DNA of 64,000 bases, from contig CAVZDU010000007.1 of NCBI GenBank assembly GCA_963774265.1, positions 448,001 to 512,000 of the forward strand, given 5' to 3'. Both the position numbers and the translations under genes were made by a program. The notes beneath the pieces are model-generated. The model was not told where the DNA came from and did no database searches. It was given only the letters and a program-made list of their open reading frames with translations. The DNA comes from an uncultured Chloroflexia bacterium. Its GTDB lineage: Bacteria > Chloroflexota > Anaerolineae > CG2-30-64-16. Positions 21,836-31,875 of this stretch are shown here, piece after piece. Within the stretch, counting starts at the first letter, position 1. Each line of letters begins with the position of its first letter.

Positions 21836-23297
21836 GCCCATCATTCGCATATCTTCTTTTCTCAGCAAAGAGATCCGGGAGATCCTCCGCCAGCCATGGT
21901 TGGTTGTCCGCCTGATCCTCGGTCCCTTTTTGATTCTTTTGCTTGTCGGTGTGGGGTACACCAATCAGCCGCGTGAGTTACGCGCGATGTTTGTCGTGCC
22001 GCCCGATGAACCAGAGGTGCCGGCGCTAATCGAGGAATACGCCACCAGCCTGGGAGCACAGCTGAAGTACGCGGGACAAACGGTCAGCCAGGACGAGGCG
22101 TTAACACGGCTCCGCATCGGTCAGGTTGATCTGGTTGTGGTCTTCCCCGCGCGCGCCTATGAGACAGTGCAAAGCGGTTCCCAAGCCGTTCTGCAGTTGT
22201 ATCACAACGAGATCGATCCCGCGCAAGCCGCGTACATCGACCAATTGGGCCGCGTGTACGTGTCAGAGATGAACCGCCGCATCCTGCTGCTATTTGCTGC
22301 AGAAGCCAAGCAGGAGAGCGCGACCGCAAAAACTGATCTGCAGAAGGCCCGCGCTGCTGCAGATACCGCCCGGTCCGCTGCTCAGGCCGGCAACACCGAC
22401 CTCGCTCAAGAAGAACTCCAGCGCGCCACTACATCGATGGATCGCGCGACCGCGCTGCTCGGCGCGACGGCGCTGATCATGGGCGGCCTGGGGCAGGGGC
22501 TGGGTGCAGACCTGAGCACGAGCGCGCAGGCGAGCACCGCTGCAAACGACCAGCCATCGGTAGATCTGCGCTCTCAACAGGCGGATCGCGACCTGGATAA
22601 TCTGGACAAACAACTGGCACGGTTCGAGAGCGTGCCGGCCGACGTGATGGTCTCGCCGCTAACAACGGAGACAAAAAGCATTGCCACTTATACGCCGGCT
22701 TTCGTCACGTTTTACGCGCCGGGCGTGCTTGCGCTGATACTCCAACATGTCGCCATCAGCATCGCATCCCTGGCTCTCGTGCGCGAGAAGGTTTTCGGCG
22801 CCATCGAGCTATTCCGTGTTGCGCCCGTAACGGCATTTGAAATTCTGCTCGGCAAATACGGCAGTTACCTGGCGTTCGTTGGGGTTCTGGCCGTCATCCT
22901 GACCGCGTCCATGGTCTATCTGCTCGGCGTTCCGCTTTTGGGCCAGATTGCCTGGCTGGCGCTGTCGATGGGCCTGTTGATCTTCGCTTCGCTCGGCATC
23001 GGTTTCGCGATCTCGGCCACCTCAGGAACGGACAGTCAGGCCGTACAGTTCTCCATGCTGGTGCTTCTTGCGTCGATGTTCTTCAGTGGGTTTGTGTTCC
23101 CGCTGATGTCGATATTGATCCCAGTTCGCTACCTCGGGTATCTGCTGCCGGTGACTTTCAGCATCCCGAACCTTCAGAACGTGATGCTGAAGGGCATCCC
23201 CCCTTCGGCGACGTACCTGGCGGCCTTGGGTGCGATGGGTGTCGTGTTGTTTGTGTTCTCCTGGTGGCGCTATCGCCGGTCGATGGTGCGGGCGTAA
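21828..23297 (+). CDS. ABC-2 exporter permease with long extracytoplasmic helical domain
   Basis: N-terminal TM, Ala/Gln-rich helical loop, LVREK..G.IE...AP...EILLGK, five C-terminal TMs, FFSG..FP. Confidence 0.9.
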   Translation: MFKPIIRISSFLSKEIREILRQPWLVVRLILGPFLILLLVGVGYTNQPRELRAMFVVPPDEPEVPALIEEYATSLGAQLKYAGQTVSQDEALTRLRIGQVDLVVVFPARAYETVQSGSQAVLQLYHNEIDPAQAAYIDQLGRVYVSEMNRRILLLFAAEAKQESATAKTDLQKARAAADTARSAAQAGNTDLAQEELQRATTSMDRATALLGATALIMGGLGQGLGADLSTSAQASTAANDQPSVDLRSQQADRDLDNLDKQLARFESVPADVMVSPLTTETKSIATYTPAFVTFYAPGVLALILQHVAISIASLALVREKVFGAIELFRVAPVTAFEILLGKYGSYLAFVGVLAVILTASMVYLLGVPLLGQIAWLALSMGLLIFASLGIGFAISATSGTDSQAVQFSMLVLLASMFFSGFVFPLMSILIPVRYLGYLLPVTFSIPNLQNVMLKGIPPSATYLAALGAMGVVLFVFSWWRYRRSMVRA

Positions 23298-23367
23298 TGG
23301 CGTGGATGTCGAGCGATGCGGCAGACGGAAGTGTGTTGTATCTGTCGATCAGCCGGCGGCCCGACGC

Positions 23368-23406
23368 CTTAAGATGCTCTTAAGTTGGAAGGTAGCTGAG
23401 GTTAAG
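23368..23406. promoter_or_regulatory. CTTAAG direct-repeat box (11-bp phase)
   Basis: CTTAAG 23368, CTTAAG 23379, GTTAAG 23401. Confidence 0.65.
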
Positions 23407-23440
23407 GACAGAGTCAAGTCCCCATGATATCCTGATTGTA

Positions 23441-23464
23441 GTTTATGAGTTTATGAGTTTATGA
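23441..23464 (+). repeat. Short tandem repeat (GTTTATGA)x3
   Basis: Three exact 8-mers just upstream of the AAGGAG RBS of the 23481 gene. Confidence 0.8.
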
Positions 23465-23480
23465 TTGAAGGAGTTGAGAG

Positions 23481-23906
23481 ATGGCTAAGCGTAAGGATAC
23501 TGACGTGAAGAATGTGATGCGAGATGTCGAGGGTGCTGTGAATGAGACGGTGCGGACATTTGAGGATGTGGCTGGAGAGGTGGTGGCCGCGAGCGACGAT
23601 GTAGTGTCCAGGAAGCTGGACAGCCTGATTCGAGCGGTCGATGCGGTCAAGGCTGCTGCCGAGGAGTTTGGTCTGAAGGCGGGCTCTGCGAGCGCTGTCC
23701 TGACCGCTAAAGCCGGCAAGGTCACCTCGGACATCGGGTCCAGGGCTGCCAGCGTCACAGACACTGTCGGAACCAGGGCCACGGAGGTTGGCGCCAAAGC
23801 CAGCAAACGGGTTCAGGATCAGCCCTGGATCGTGGCGCTCATGGCTTTCATGCTGGTTGTGATCGTTGGCATCTCTTTCGGACGTCGTTACCTGGCTGAA
23901 GCCTAA
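23481..23906 (+). CDS. ElaB/YqjD (DUF883)-like tail-anchored protein
   Basis: Amphipathic Ala-rich helical body; C-terminal VQDQPW + hydrophobic helix + GRR; AAGGAG RBS. Confidence 0.65.
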   Translation: MAKRKDTDVKNVMRDVEGAVNETVRTFEDVAGEVVAASDDVVSRKLDSLIRAVDAVKAAAEEFGLKAGSASAVLTAKAGKVTSDIGSRAASVTDTVGTRATEVGAKASKRVQDQPWIVALMAFMLVVIVGISFGRRYLAEA

Positions 23907-23931
23907 GCCGGTATTGCGAGTCGAGGTTCAC

Positions 23932-25793
23932 ATGGCAGAGAAGAAGAAGCATCCGCAACCGGCCAGTGTGCCGGGTATGGGCGCAATGATCCATGAAGAC
24001 GGTATATCGTTCCGCGTTTGGGCTCCCCATGCCAGCAGTGTCGCGGTGGCAGGCGATTTCAATAAGTGGTCTGCGACCGCTAACCTTCTTGCGAGTGAGG
24101 GGAACGGGTACTGGTCTGCCGATGTGCCGGACGCAAAGCCAGGCCAGGAGTACCGTTATCGACTGAAGAACGGCAAAAACGAGCTGTGGCGTCTGGATCC
24201 TTATGCCCGAGCGTTGACGAATTCGGTCGGAAACAGCATCATCGTCGATCGGTCCTATGAATGGTCGGATGGCGGTTTCAAGATGCCGCCCTGGAATGAG
24301 CTGGTCATCTACGAGATGCACGTTGGAAGTTTCAATGCGAAAGAGCAGGGCAAACCGGGGACCTTCGACGCCGCAATCGAGAAACTGGATTACCTGGCTG
24401 AGTTGGGCATCAATGCCATCGAAGTCATGCCGCCCACCGAGTTTCCAGGCGGATATTCCTGGGGCTACAATCCTGCGCATCCCTTTGCGGTGGAAAGTGA
24501 ATATGGTGGCCCGTTCGGCCTGAAGCGATTTGTCGATGAGGCGCATAAGCGAGGCATCGCGGTCATTCTCGACGTCGTCTACAACCATGTCGGCCCGAGC
24601 GATAATAGCCTGTGGCAATTCGACGGCTGGAGCGAAAACGATGGTGGCGGCATCTATTTCTACAACGACTGGCGCGCCGAAACGCCCTGGGGAAACACGC
24701 GACCTGACTATGGCCGGCCTGAAGTGCGGCAGTACTTCCGCGACAACGCATTGATGTGGCTCGAGGAGTATCACTGCGACGGCCTGCGCTTCGATGCCAC
24801 GGCCTATGTACGGAATGTGCACGGCCACGACACCGGGGAGCATCCTGAGGATGACCTGCCGGATGGCTGGAGCCTCATGCAGTGGCTGAACGAGGAGATT
24901 CAGGCCCGGCAGCCCTGGAAGTTTACGGTCGCCGAGGATAGTAAGGGCAACGCGTGGATGACCAAGGACATCGGTGCGGGTGGCGCCGGTTTTAGTTCAC
25001 AGTGGGATCCGCGGTTCGTCAATATCGTGCGCGGCGCTATTGTGGGCACGGCTGACGAGCACCGGGACATGGATGCGATCAAGGCAGCAATCGAAAGCCG
25101 GATCGGCGATGACGCGTTTCGCGCATCATCTTTACCGAGTCACATGACGAAGACGCCAATGGCAAGGCGCGGGTGCCGGAAGAGATTTCACCGGGTGACG
25201 CTGAAAGCTGGTATCCCAAGAAACGATCCACGCTCGGCGCCGCGTTGGTGATGACTTCGCCCGGCGTGCCCATGATCTTCCAGGGCCAGGAGATGCTGGA
25301 GGATCGGTGGTTTCATGAGCAGGACCCATTGGACTGGTCGCGATTCGATGAGCATCAGGGCATCATCCAGATGTACACGGATCTCTTCAAGCTGCGACGC
25401 AACTGGCACGACACCACGGCTGGGCTGACTGGCGAGCACGTTCAGGTGCATCACGCCAACACTGCAGAGAACGTAGTGGCGTTTCATCGTTGGAAGGATG
25501 GCGGACCCGGGGACAGTGTGATCGTCGTCCTGTCCTTCTCGAACGCCAGCCGCGGTCTTTACACGATCGGCTTCCCGGCGGGCGGCCCCTGGCGGGTCCG
25601 CTTCAACAGCGACTGGCAGGGCTACGATCCGGACTTCGGGCTGCAAGACGTGTTCGATATTGAAGCGGTCGAAGGTGAATACGATGGCATGCCGTTCAAC
25701 GGCCCGGTCGCGCTGGGACCTTACGGCGCCGTCATCCTCTCTCAGGATCGACCGGTCCAGCAGGTGGGCGATGAGCCGAAGCCTGCGCCTTAA
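23932..25793 (+). CDS. GH13 alpha-glucan branching enzyme / maltooligosyltrehalose hydrolase-like protein (frameshift near 25122)
   Basis: CBM48 FRVWAP, IYEMHVG, SWGYNP, DVVYNH, DGLRFDA, AED; after the shift TESHDE, PMIFQGQE. Confidence 0.92.
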
Positions 25794-25816
25794 GGGCGTC
25801 TTAAGTTTCTCTTGAG
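25789..25816. promoter_or_regulatory. CTTAAG direct-repeat box (11-bp phase)
   Basis: CTTAAG 25789, CTTAAG 25800, CTTGAG 25811 upstream of the ECF sigma gene. Confidence 0.65.
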
Positions 25817-25906
25817 TTGGCACTAAAGACGCCACGAGCCGAATATGGTAGGCTTGTGGCGTCTTTGTTTGAGTTGTAGTGAAGTCGTATTGAGGAGTGG
25901 ATTGAG

Positions 25907-26587
25907 ATGGTGCAGACGGATGAGAACGCTTTGGTTGAGGCAGCACAACGCGGAGACCTGTCCGCTTTCAATGTCTTGCTCTCGGCTTATCAACAGCCGG
26001 CTTACCAGGTTGCACACCGCATCCTGGGCGATGCGGACAGCGCGGCCGATGCGGTGCAAGACAGTCTCATAAAGGTCTACGATCGGATCCATCAGTTTCG
26101 CGGCGGCTCATTCAAGGCATGGCTGTGTCGCGTCGTGATCAATACATGCTACGACAGGCTGCGCGGCGAGCGCCGGCGTCGCACAAGTCAACTGGACGAT
26201 GATGAGATCCTGCCTGAGCATGATCTTCGATTGATGGATGCGAACCCGACGCCGCACGATCAAGCCGAGTCGAGCGAGCTGATGGCCGCGATGATGGCCG
26301 ACATCCGCAAGCTGCCGCCGGAGCAGCAACGGGTCCTGTTGATGTGCGACGTCGAAGGGTTGGCTTATCATGAGGCCGCCTTTCGAACTGGTTCGAACCT
26401 GGGCACAGTCAAATCCCGGTTGAGCCGGGCGCGCGCCAAAATGCGCGATGCACTGACAAGAAACGGCATTGTCCCGCCCGCGTGCTATACTGCCCCGAAT
26501 AATCAGCGTGCATCCAATACCGGAGGCATCCATGAAGGCTCTCTACTTCACGGAACATGGCGGGCCGGAAGTCATACGTTACGGTGA
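25907..26587 (+). CDS. ECF sigma-70 factor
   Basis: Region 2 (GDLSAF...DAVQD...FKAWLCRVVINTCYD) and region 4 (LAYHEAA...GTVKSRLSRAR); the tail overlaps the next gene by 56 bp. Confidence 0.9.
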   Translation: MVQTDENALVEAAQRGDLSAFNVLLSAYQQPAYQVAHRILGDADSAADAVQDSLIKVYDRIHQFRGGSFKAWLCRVVINTCYDRLRGERRRRTSQLDDDEILPEHDLRLMDANPTPHDQAESSELMAAMMADIRKLPPEQQRVLLMCDVEGLAYHEAAFRTGSNLGTVKSRLSRARAKMRDALTRNGIVPPACYTAPNNQRASNTGGIHEGSLLHGTWRAGSHTLR

Positions 26588-27563
26588 GCTTCCCGATCCG
26601 ACGGCCGGGTCTGGGCAAGCGCTGGTCCACGTCAAAGCCGTCGCTCTCAACCGCGTGGATCTGTGGGTGCGTCGTGGGGGTCCGGCATTCGAAAAGCTGC
26701 CCAAGCCGCATGTGGGTGGCGCGGATGTGGCCGGGATCGTCGCAGGTTATGGCAGTGATGCCGGCGGGCCTCCCCTGGGTCCGCGCGTCGTCGTTGATCC
26801 GGGCGTTCTGACCGGCGAGGACGAGTGGACGCGGCGGGGCGAGGACAGCCTCAGCCCGCACTATCACATCCTGGGTGAGGATGTGTGGGGCGGCTGCGCC
26901 GAGACCGTTGCCGTGCCGGCGCGCAACCTGCTTGCCATGCCCGATGATTTCGATTTCGCCGAGGCGGCTGCCCCCTTATTGGTCTATTTGACCGCCTGGC
27001 GAATGCTGGTCAGGCGCGCCGCACTCGGCGCAGGCGAGACGGTGGCAATCGTCGGCGCGGGCGGCGGGGTGAACAGCGCCGCCATCCAAATCGCCAAGTA
27101 CGTCGGCGCCACCGTTTACGCGATCACCTCCACGGCTGAAAAGATGGCGCGCGCACAGGCGCTGGGCGCAGATTTCGCCATTAACTACAAGCAGGAAGAC
27201 TGGTCAAAGGCCGTGTTCGTCGCCACAGGCAAGCGGGGCGTGGATGTTGTGGTCGATAACGTCGGCGCGCCCACCTGGACCCCGAGCATCCGGGCCTTGG
27301 CGCGGGGTGGCAGGCTGGTCAATGTTGGCGGCACCGGTGGGCCCGTGGTGGAGATGGATTTGCGACTTGTGTTTCGCAAGCAGATCAGCATCCTCGGCAG
27401 CACGATGGGCAGCCACAACGATTTCCGGGAGGTCATGGATCTCATCTGGCAGCGCAAGCTGGCCCCGGTGATCGATCGGATCATGCCTCTCAGTGAAGGT
27501 CGGGCTGCCCATGAACGCCTCGAAAGGGGCGATCAGTTCGGAAAAATCGTCCTGACGCCCTAA
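26532..27563 (+). CDS. MDR family NADPH:quinone oxidoreductase / zinc-type dehydrogenase
   Basis: MKA...HGGPEV, LNRVD, GAGGGV, GVDVVVDNVG, GSTMG, GKIVL. Confidence 0.93.
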   Translation: MKALYFTEHGGPEVIRYGELPDPTAGSGQALVHVKAVALNRVDLWVRRGGPAFEKLPKPHVGGADVAGIVAGYGSDAGGPPLGPRVVVDPGVLTGEDEWTRRGEDSLSPHYHILGEDVWGGCAETVAVPARNLLAMPDDFDFAEAAAPLLVYLTAWRMLVRRAALGAGETVAIVGAGGGVNSAAIQIAKYVGATVYAITSTAEKMARAQALGADFAINYKQEDWSKAVFVATGKRGVDVVVDNVGAPTWTPSIRALARGGRLVNVGGTGGPVVEMDLRLVFRKQISILGSTMGSHNDFREVMDLIWQRKLAPVIDRIMPLSEGRAAHERLERGDQFGKIVLTP

Positions 27564-27591
27564 TCACCGCCATCAACGCGGCGCCCGGTTA

Positions 27592-27640
27592 AAGTGCCGG
27601 GCACTTGCGATCCTTCGGATCGTTTAAGTGCCCGGCACTT
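27592..27640. repeat. REP-like palindrome, copy 1
   Basis: AAGTGCCGGGCACTT-(inner hairpin CGATCC-TTC-GGATCG)-AAGTGCCCGGCACTT between convergent genes. Confidence 0.8.
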
Positions 27641-27662
27641 GATCAAACCGCGGCGCCATCGT

Positions 27663-28655
27663 TCAGGTCAGTCGCGCGCTCAGTTTCTCCAGCATATCCT
27701 CGACCATCGCGGACAGGCCGAACTTCGGCTGCCAGCCCCACTCCTCCCTGGCCGCGGAGTCGTCGATCGTCCGTGGCCATGAGTCCGCGATCTGCTGACG
27801 GAAGTCGGGCTTGTACTCAATCTCGAAGTCCGGCAGGTGTTTGCGGATTTCAGCGGCAAGCTCCCCAGCCGAAAAGGTGAGTGCGGCCAGGTTGTATTCT
27901 GCCGCATGTTTTAGCTGGGTCGCATCCGCTTCCATCACCATTAGCGTTGCCCGGATGCAGTCGGGCATATAGATCATGGGGAGGACAGTGTCCTCACGCA
28001 CGAAGCACGAGTATCTGCCGCGCTGGATTGCCTCATAGAAGATCTCGACCGCATAGTCAGTCGTGCCGCCACCGGGCGGCGTCTCGCTCGAAATGACACC
28101 GGGATAGCGGATGCCGCGCACATCCAGCCCATACCGCCGATGATAGTACGCGCCGAGCATCTCGCCCGAGACCTTGGTGAGGCCGTACATGGTTGTCGGT
28201 CGCAACACGGTGTCCTGGGGAGTGCCATCTTTGGGGGTCTCCGGCCCGAATACCGCGATCGACGAGGGATTATAGATGCGGGCAACACCTTCTGCGCGCG
28301 CAACCTCCAGGACATTGTACCAGCCCCCGATATTCACTTGCCATGCCAGCCGGGGCTTCTCCTCGCCCGTGGCCGAGAGAATGGCAGCCAGGTGATAGAT
28401 GGTGTCGATCCGGTGCTTGCGCACAAGATCCGCCAGCGCATCTCGGTCGGTCACATCGAGCCGTTCCGCCGGGCCGCCTGCGATCAGGTGGGCAGGCAGC
28501 GGCTGAACATCGGTGACAACCACTTTGTCGCCCCCGTGGAGCGTTCGCAGCGCCGTGGCCAGCTCGGTGCCGATTTGGCCGCCCGCGCCGGTGACGAGGA
28601 TGCGGCGATGTTGCGATTCCTGTAATCGCTGCATCGCATCTTCTGATGATGGCAT
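27663..28655 (-). CDS. SDR-type L-threonine 3-dehydrogenase / NAD-dependent epimerase
   Basis: ILVTGAGGQIG, HLAAILSATGE, PSSIA, YGLTK, GGGTTDYA, PDFRQQIADSWP motifs of this subfamily; start could be 28634. Confidence 0.88.
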   Translation of the reverse strand: MPSSEDAMQRLQESQHRRILVTGAGGQIGTELATALRTLHGGDKVVVTDVQPLPAHLIAGGPAERLDVTDRDALADLVRKHRIDTIYHLAAILSATGEEKPRLAWQVNIGGWYNVLEVARAEGVARIYNPSSIAVFGPETPKDGTPQDTVLRPTTMYGLTKVSGEMLGAYYHRRYGLDVRGIRYPGVISSETPPGGGTTDYAVEIFYEAIQRGRYSCFVREDTVLPMIYMPDCIRATLMVMEADATQLKHAAEYNLAALTFSAGELAAEIRKHLPDFEIEYKPDFRQQIADSWPRTIDDSAAREEWGWQPKFGLSAMVEDMLEKLSARLT

Positions 28656-28659
28656 AGGA

Positions 28660-29502
28660 TCAACTCCGTGATGATCGCGATGCAAATGCCTCGAAGGGCG
28701 GGACTGCCGGAGCGCTCACCGTGCCCACGAGGCCTAACGCTGGTTCCTCATCCGAACGCGCCAGCTGGTTGAAGCCGAGTCCGCCGGCCGTCTCACTGTC
28801 GAAGCCGCGCGTGCGCCCCAGGCAGATGGCCACCGGACTGCCCAGTGCCTTGCTCCAGAACTTGACGGTCGCCAGGCGGGTGGCTGCTTCCACTCTCATC
28901 CCGGTCTCGCCTATCAGTGGCAGCAGCGGGTGGAATCCATAAAGCAGCCGGTTCAGGAAATCGGCCAGGCGGCGGTCGGGGCGGTCGATCTCGTTCGCAG
29001 GCGCAAACAGGTCGAGCATGGCGGCAGTCCACCCGTAGATGCCCTGTGCCCCGCGCAGCAGGTCCAGAGATGATTCGTACTTGCTGCGATAGGATAACCG
29101 CGCCTGCGCCAGACCGGTCTTCACGAGATGGGCGACCTTGCCCGGATCCCACTCATCTTTGAGCACGAAGTCGAGCACGCTCCATTCACGCAGCGCGGTG
29201 ATGGCGGTGCTCACATCTGCGTGTCCCGTCGCAATGACCACAGATGTCCCCTCATCCAGGCCGACGATCTTCTGCACGAGCCGCTTGCCCTCCAACTCGC
29301 GCTGATCCTCTTTGAGGCGCAGGTCGACGAAGGCCAGGTGAAAGTGCTGCCGGTCAAGCAGCGCATCGGCTTCTTCATAGGAGCCGGCAACGTGCAGGGC
29401 AGCGCTCCCCGGCGGCGCAGCGTCAGACGCCTGAATGCTCTCGCTCAGGAGCTCCTGCCAGGATGGGTCGTCGTCGATGACGAGAATACGATCGGGTAGC
29501 AT
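28660..29502 (-). CDS. Response regulator with unrecognised C-terminal domain
   Basis: REC (VIDDD, FVDLRL, TGH, FVLK); C-terminal half has no recognisable HTH. Confidence 0.8.
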   Translation of the reverse strand: MLPDRILVIDDDPSWQELLSESIQASDAAPPGSAALHVAGSYEEADALLDRQHFHLAFVDLRLKEDQRELEGKRLVQKIVGLDEGTSVVIATGHADVSTAITALREWSVLDFVLKDEWDPGKVAHLVKTGLAQARLSYRSKYESSLDLLRGAQGIYGWTAAMLDLFAPANEIDRPDRRLADFLNRLLYGFHPLLPLIGETGMRVEAATRLATVKFWSKALGSPVAICLGRTRGFDSETAGGLGFNQLARSDEEPALGLVGTVSAPAVPPFEAFASRSSRS

Positions 29503-29520
29503 GACTCTGTCGTCCTCCTG

Positions 29521-31686
29521 TTATGCAAGGCGCAGGCGCAGCGTGAAACGCGTCCCTGCACCCGGTTCGCTGGTTACTTCAATCGTGCCGCCGAAGCCCT
29601 CCAGCTGGCCCTTCGTCCACCACAGGCCGAGGCCGTGCGCCGGCGCGTAGCTGTTGGATGTGGTGGAAGCGCCCGGCTCAAAGAGAGATGCGACACGCCA
29701 GGGTTCGATGCCCACGCCGGTGTCTCGCACCTCGATGGTGATGCGATCTTTGACCTGGCCGACGTGCGCGGTGACGCTCAGGCTGCCGCCAGCGGGCATG
29801 GCCTTCGAGGCGTTGTCGAACAGGTTCCAGAATACGCCCGCCAGGCTCGGACCGGCCAGGACGCGCATCGGTTCCGGGGGCAGAACGACATCGACGCGCA
29901 CATGGTCGTTGTTTGCCAGGCCCGCGCGGCCCAATGCCTCGGAGATCGCGGCCTGCAAAATCACCGGCGACGGCGCACGGCGCTTCAGCTCGGTGCGGAG
30001 TTCCTGAATGATCGATTTGGAGCGGCGGATGTCGCGTTCGGCGCGGGTTACAAATTGCTCCACATACGGATATTGCGCCACCAGGTCAGCGTAGAAGTCT
30101 TTGCGCTTCAGCATGTCGACCCAGCCGCTCAGCGCGCCGATGGGATTGTTGAGGCGATGCACGATGTCGCCGGCCAGCCCGCCAATGGCGGCCAACCGTT
30201 CAACCTCGAAGCGCCTGGCGCGCTCGACTGCAACAGCCGCCTGGCCGGCCAGCGCCTGGAGCGTGGCCGCGTGATCGGCCGTGAAGAAGCCGGGTGCAGG
30301 GCTTTCCAGGTTCAGCACACCGAACACGGTCTCGCCGCTGATCAATGGCACGGCCAGCTCGCTCTTCATCTCCTCACCCAGGTAGCGGCGATAGCGGGGA
30401 TCTCCTTCGACGTCCGGCAGGTAGTAGGCGTCGCGGCGGGCGAGCGCCTCTCCACTGACGGAGCTGGCGGCCTGCACCCGGGCGCCCACCGCTTCGCCGC
30501 CGGTGGTTGCCACGATAACGAGCTCATCCCCGTTGATTTCGAGCAGTTGGCCGAAGGTTGTGCCGCCGATAGCGAGGGCAGCGTCGAGCAAGGTGTGAAG
30601 GGCGGCGTTGTCACCTCGCGAGACTGCGTCGCGAAACGCTTCGCCGCGCCGCCGTCCCAGGTCTGTCAGGTTCGCCCGCTGCACTTCGGTGAAGCCGTCC
30701 TCGCGCGGTGTCTCCGCATTGAGAATCCCGGTGATGGTTTCGCCGTCGCCCGACCAAAGCGGCACGGCCAGTTCTGCGCGAATGCGCTCCTTCTCGCGCT
30801 CCAGTACACGTTGATACCGCGGCGCGCCCGAGGACTGGGGGATCAGGGCGGCAACGTGTCCCTCGACGGGAGACGCGACGACGAAGTATTCAGGCCGCGA
30901 GACGTCCGGCACGATCACAGGCCGCTGCGCCATCACCGCGAGCCCGCTGACAGAACCGTGCACGGCAAAGCGGAGGCCAATGTCGCGCGGGGGGGTGTTC
31001 GTGGTGTAGGCAACGACGAGATCCGCGCCCTCGCTCAGCAGGATTTGTCCAAACCGACCGCCGACGAGGCCCAGCGCGCGTTCGAGCACCGTGCGCACGA
31101 TGTCGGCGAGTTCCGTCTCGCGCGCCAGTTGCAGGCTGATGGCGCTCAACGCGGCCGCTTCCTGTCGTGAACGCGCTAGCTCGATGGCCAGCGCTGCGTG
31201 GTCTGCCAGCAGGCGCAACACCTCGATCTGTTCGGGTGCGAACGCATGCGGCTCGGCGCTCTCGATGTTCAGCGCGCCGATCGCCTCCTCGCCGATGAGC
31301 AGAGGGACCACCAGTTCGCTGCGCATCCGTTGCGTCGTGCTGCGCGAGGGTTTGTACACCCGGCGCAACTCGGGCGGCATGTGAGCAAGGTCGGGTATGA
31401 AGATAGGGGCGCGGCGTAACATGCTCTGACCGCTGACGCAATCTGCGACAGGGAATGACATGCCCTCATCGCCGCGGTGTGCCTCATCCGCGGCCCGGAC
31501 GCGCACCCGGTCGCCCTCGCGCAAGAAAAGCAGGCCGACATCAAACGGCGTCAGCTCGCGCGTCCGCCGCAAGACCTCGGCCAGAAACGCGTCCAGGTCG
31601 AGATCGGGCCGCAGCGCGTCGCGAACCAGATCGCGCGCGGTTCGGATCACCGTGTTCAGCTCGGCATCTTTGCGGTTGAGCATCAT
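29521..31686 (-). CDS. Soluble 3xGAF histidine kinase
   Basis: Three SEL(V/A)VPL...G.LN.E GAF repeats, IVHRLNNP H-box, NLFDNA, DTGVGI, GLGL. Confidence 0.9.
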   Translation of the reverse strand: MMLNRKDAELNTVIRTARDLVRDALRPDLDLDAFLAEVLRRTRELTPFDVGLLFLREGDRVRVRAADEAHRGDEGMSFPVADCVSGQSMLRRAPIFIPDLAHMPPELRRVYKPSRSTTQRMRSELVVPLLIGEEAIGALNIESAEPHAFAPEQIEVLRLLADHAALAIELARSRQEAAALSAISLQLARETELADIVRTVLERALGLVGGRFGQILLSEGADLVVAYTTNTPPRDIGLRFAVHGSVSGLAVMAQRPVIVPDVSRPEYFVVASPVEGHVAALIPQSSGAPRYQRVLEREKERIRAELAVPLWSGDGETITGILNAETPREDGFTEVQRANLTDLGRRRGEAFRDAVSRGDNAALHTLLDAALAIGGTTFGQLLEINGDELVIVATTGGEAVGARVQAASSVSGEALARRDAYYLPDVEGDPRYRRYLGEEMKSELAVPLISGETVFGVLNLESPAPGFFTADHAATLQALAGQAAVAVERARRFEVERLAAIGGLAGDIVHRLNNPIGALSGWVDMLKRKDFYADLVAQYPYVEQFVTRAERDIRRSKSIIQELRTELKRRAPSPVILQAAISEALGRAGLANNDHVRVDVVLPPEPMRVLAGPSLAGVFWNLFDNASKAMPAGGSLSVTAHVGQVKDRITIEVRDTGVGIEPWRVASLFEPGASTTSNSYAPAHGLGLWWTKGQLEGFGGTIEVTSEPGAGTRFTLRLRLA

Positions 31687-31790
31687 GATAGTCGATGAGA
31701 CGTGAGATACTTCTCGTACGGTGGTACGAGTATAGCGCAGCGCGGCCTGATGAGAAAATGTTGGGTGTCAGTGGGTGTTAGGTGGGCGTT

Positions 31791-31823
31791 AGGTGCCGGG
31801 CACTTCCAAAGTGCCCGGCACCT
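31791..31823. repeat. REP-like palindrome, copy 2
   Basis: AGGTGCCGGGCACTT-CCA-AAGTGCCCGGCACCT, preceded by imperfect GTGGGTGTTAG repeats. Confidence 0.82.
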
Positions 31824-31875
31824 GGAGGCGCCTGGACAGCACGTCCCGCACCACGACTGCACGACTGCACCGGTC

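Noticed and set aside
29635-31170. Long antisense ORFs (also 2..1021, 41779..43425, 56458..57834 and others)
   Set aside because: Shadow frames of well-supported opposite-strand genes in high-GC DNA, with no motifs of their own.
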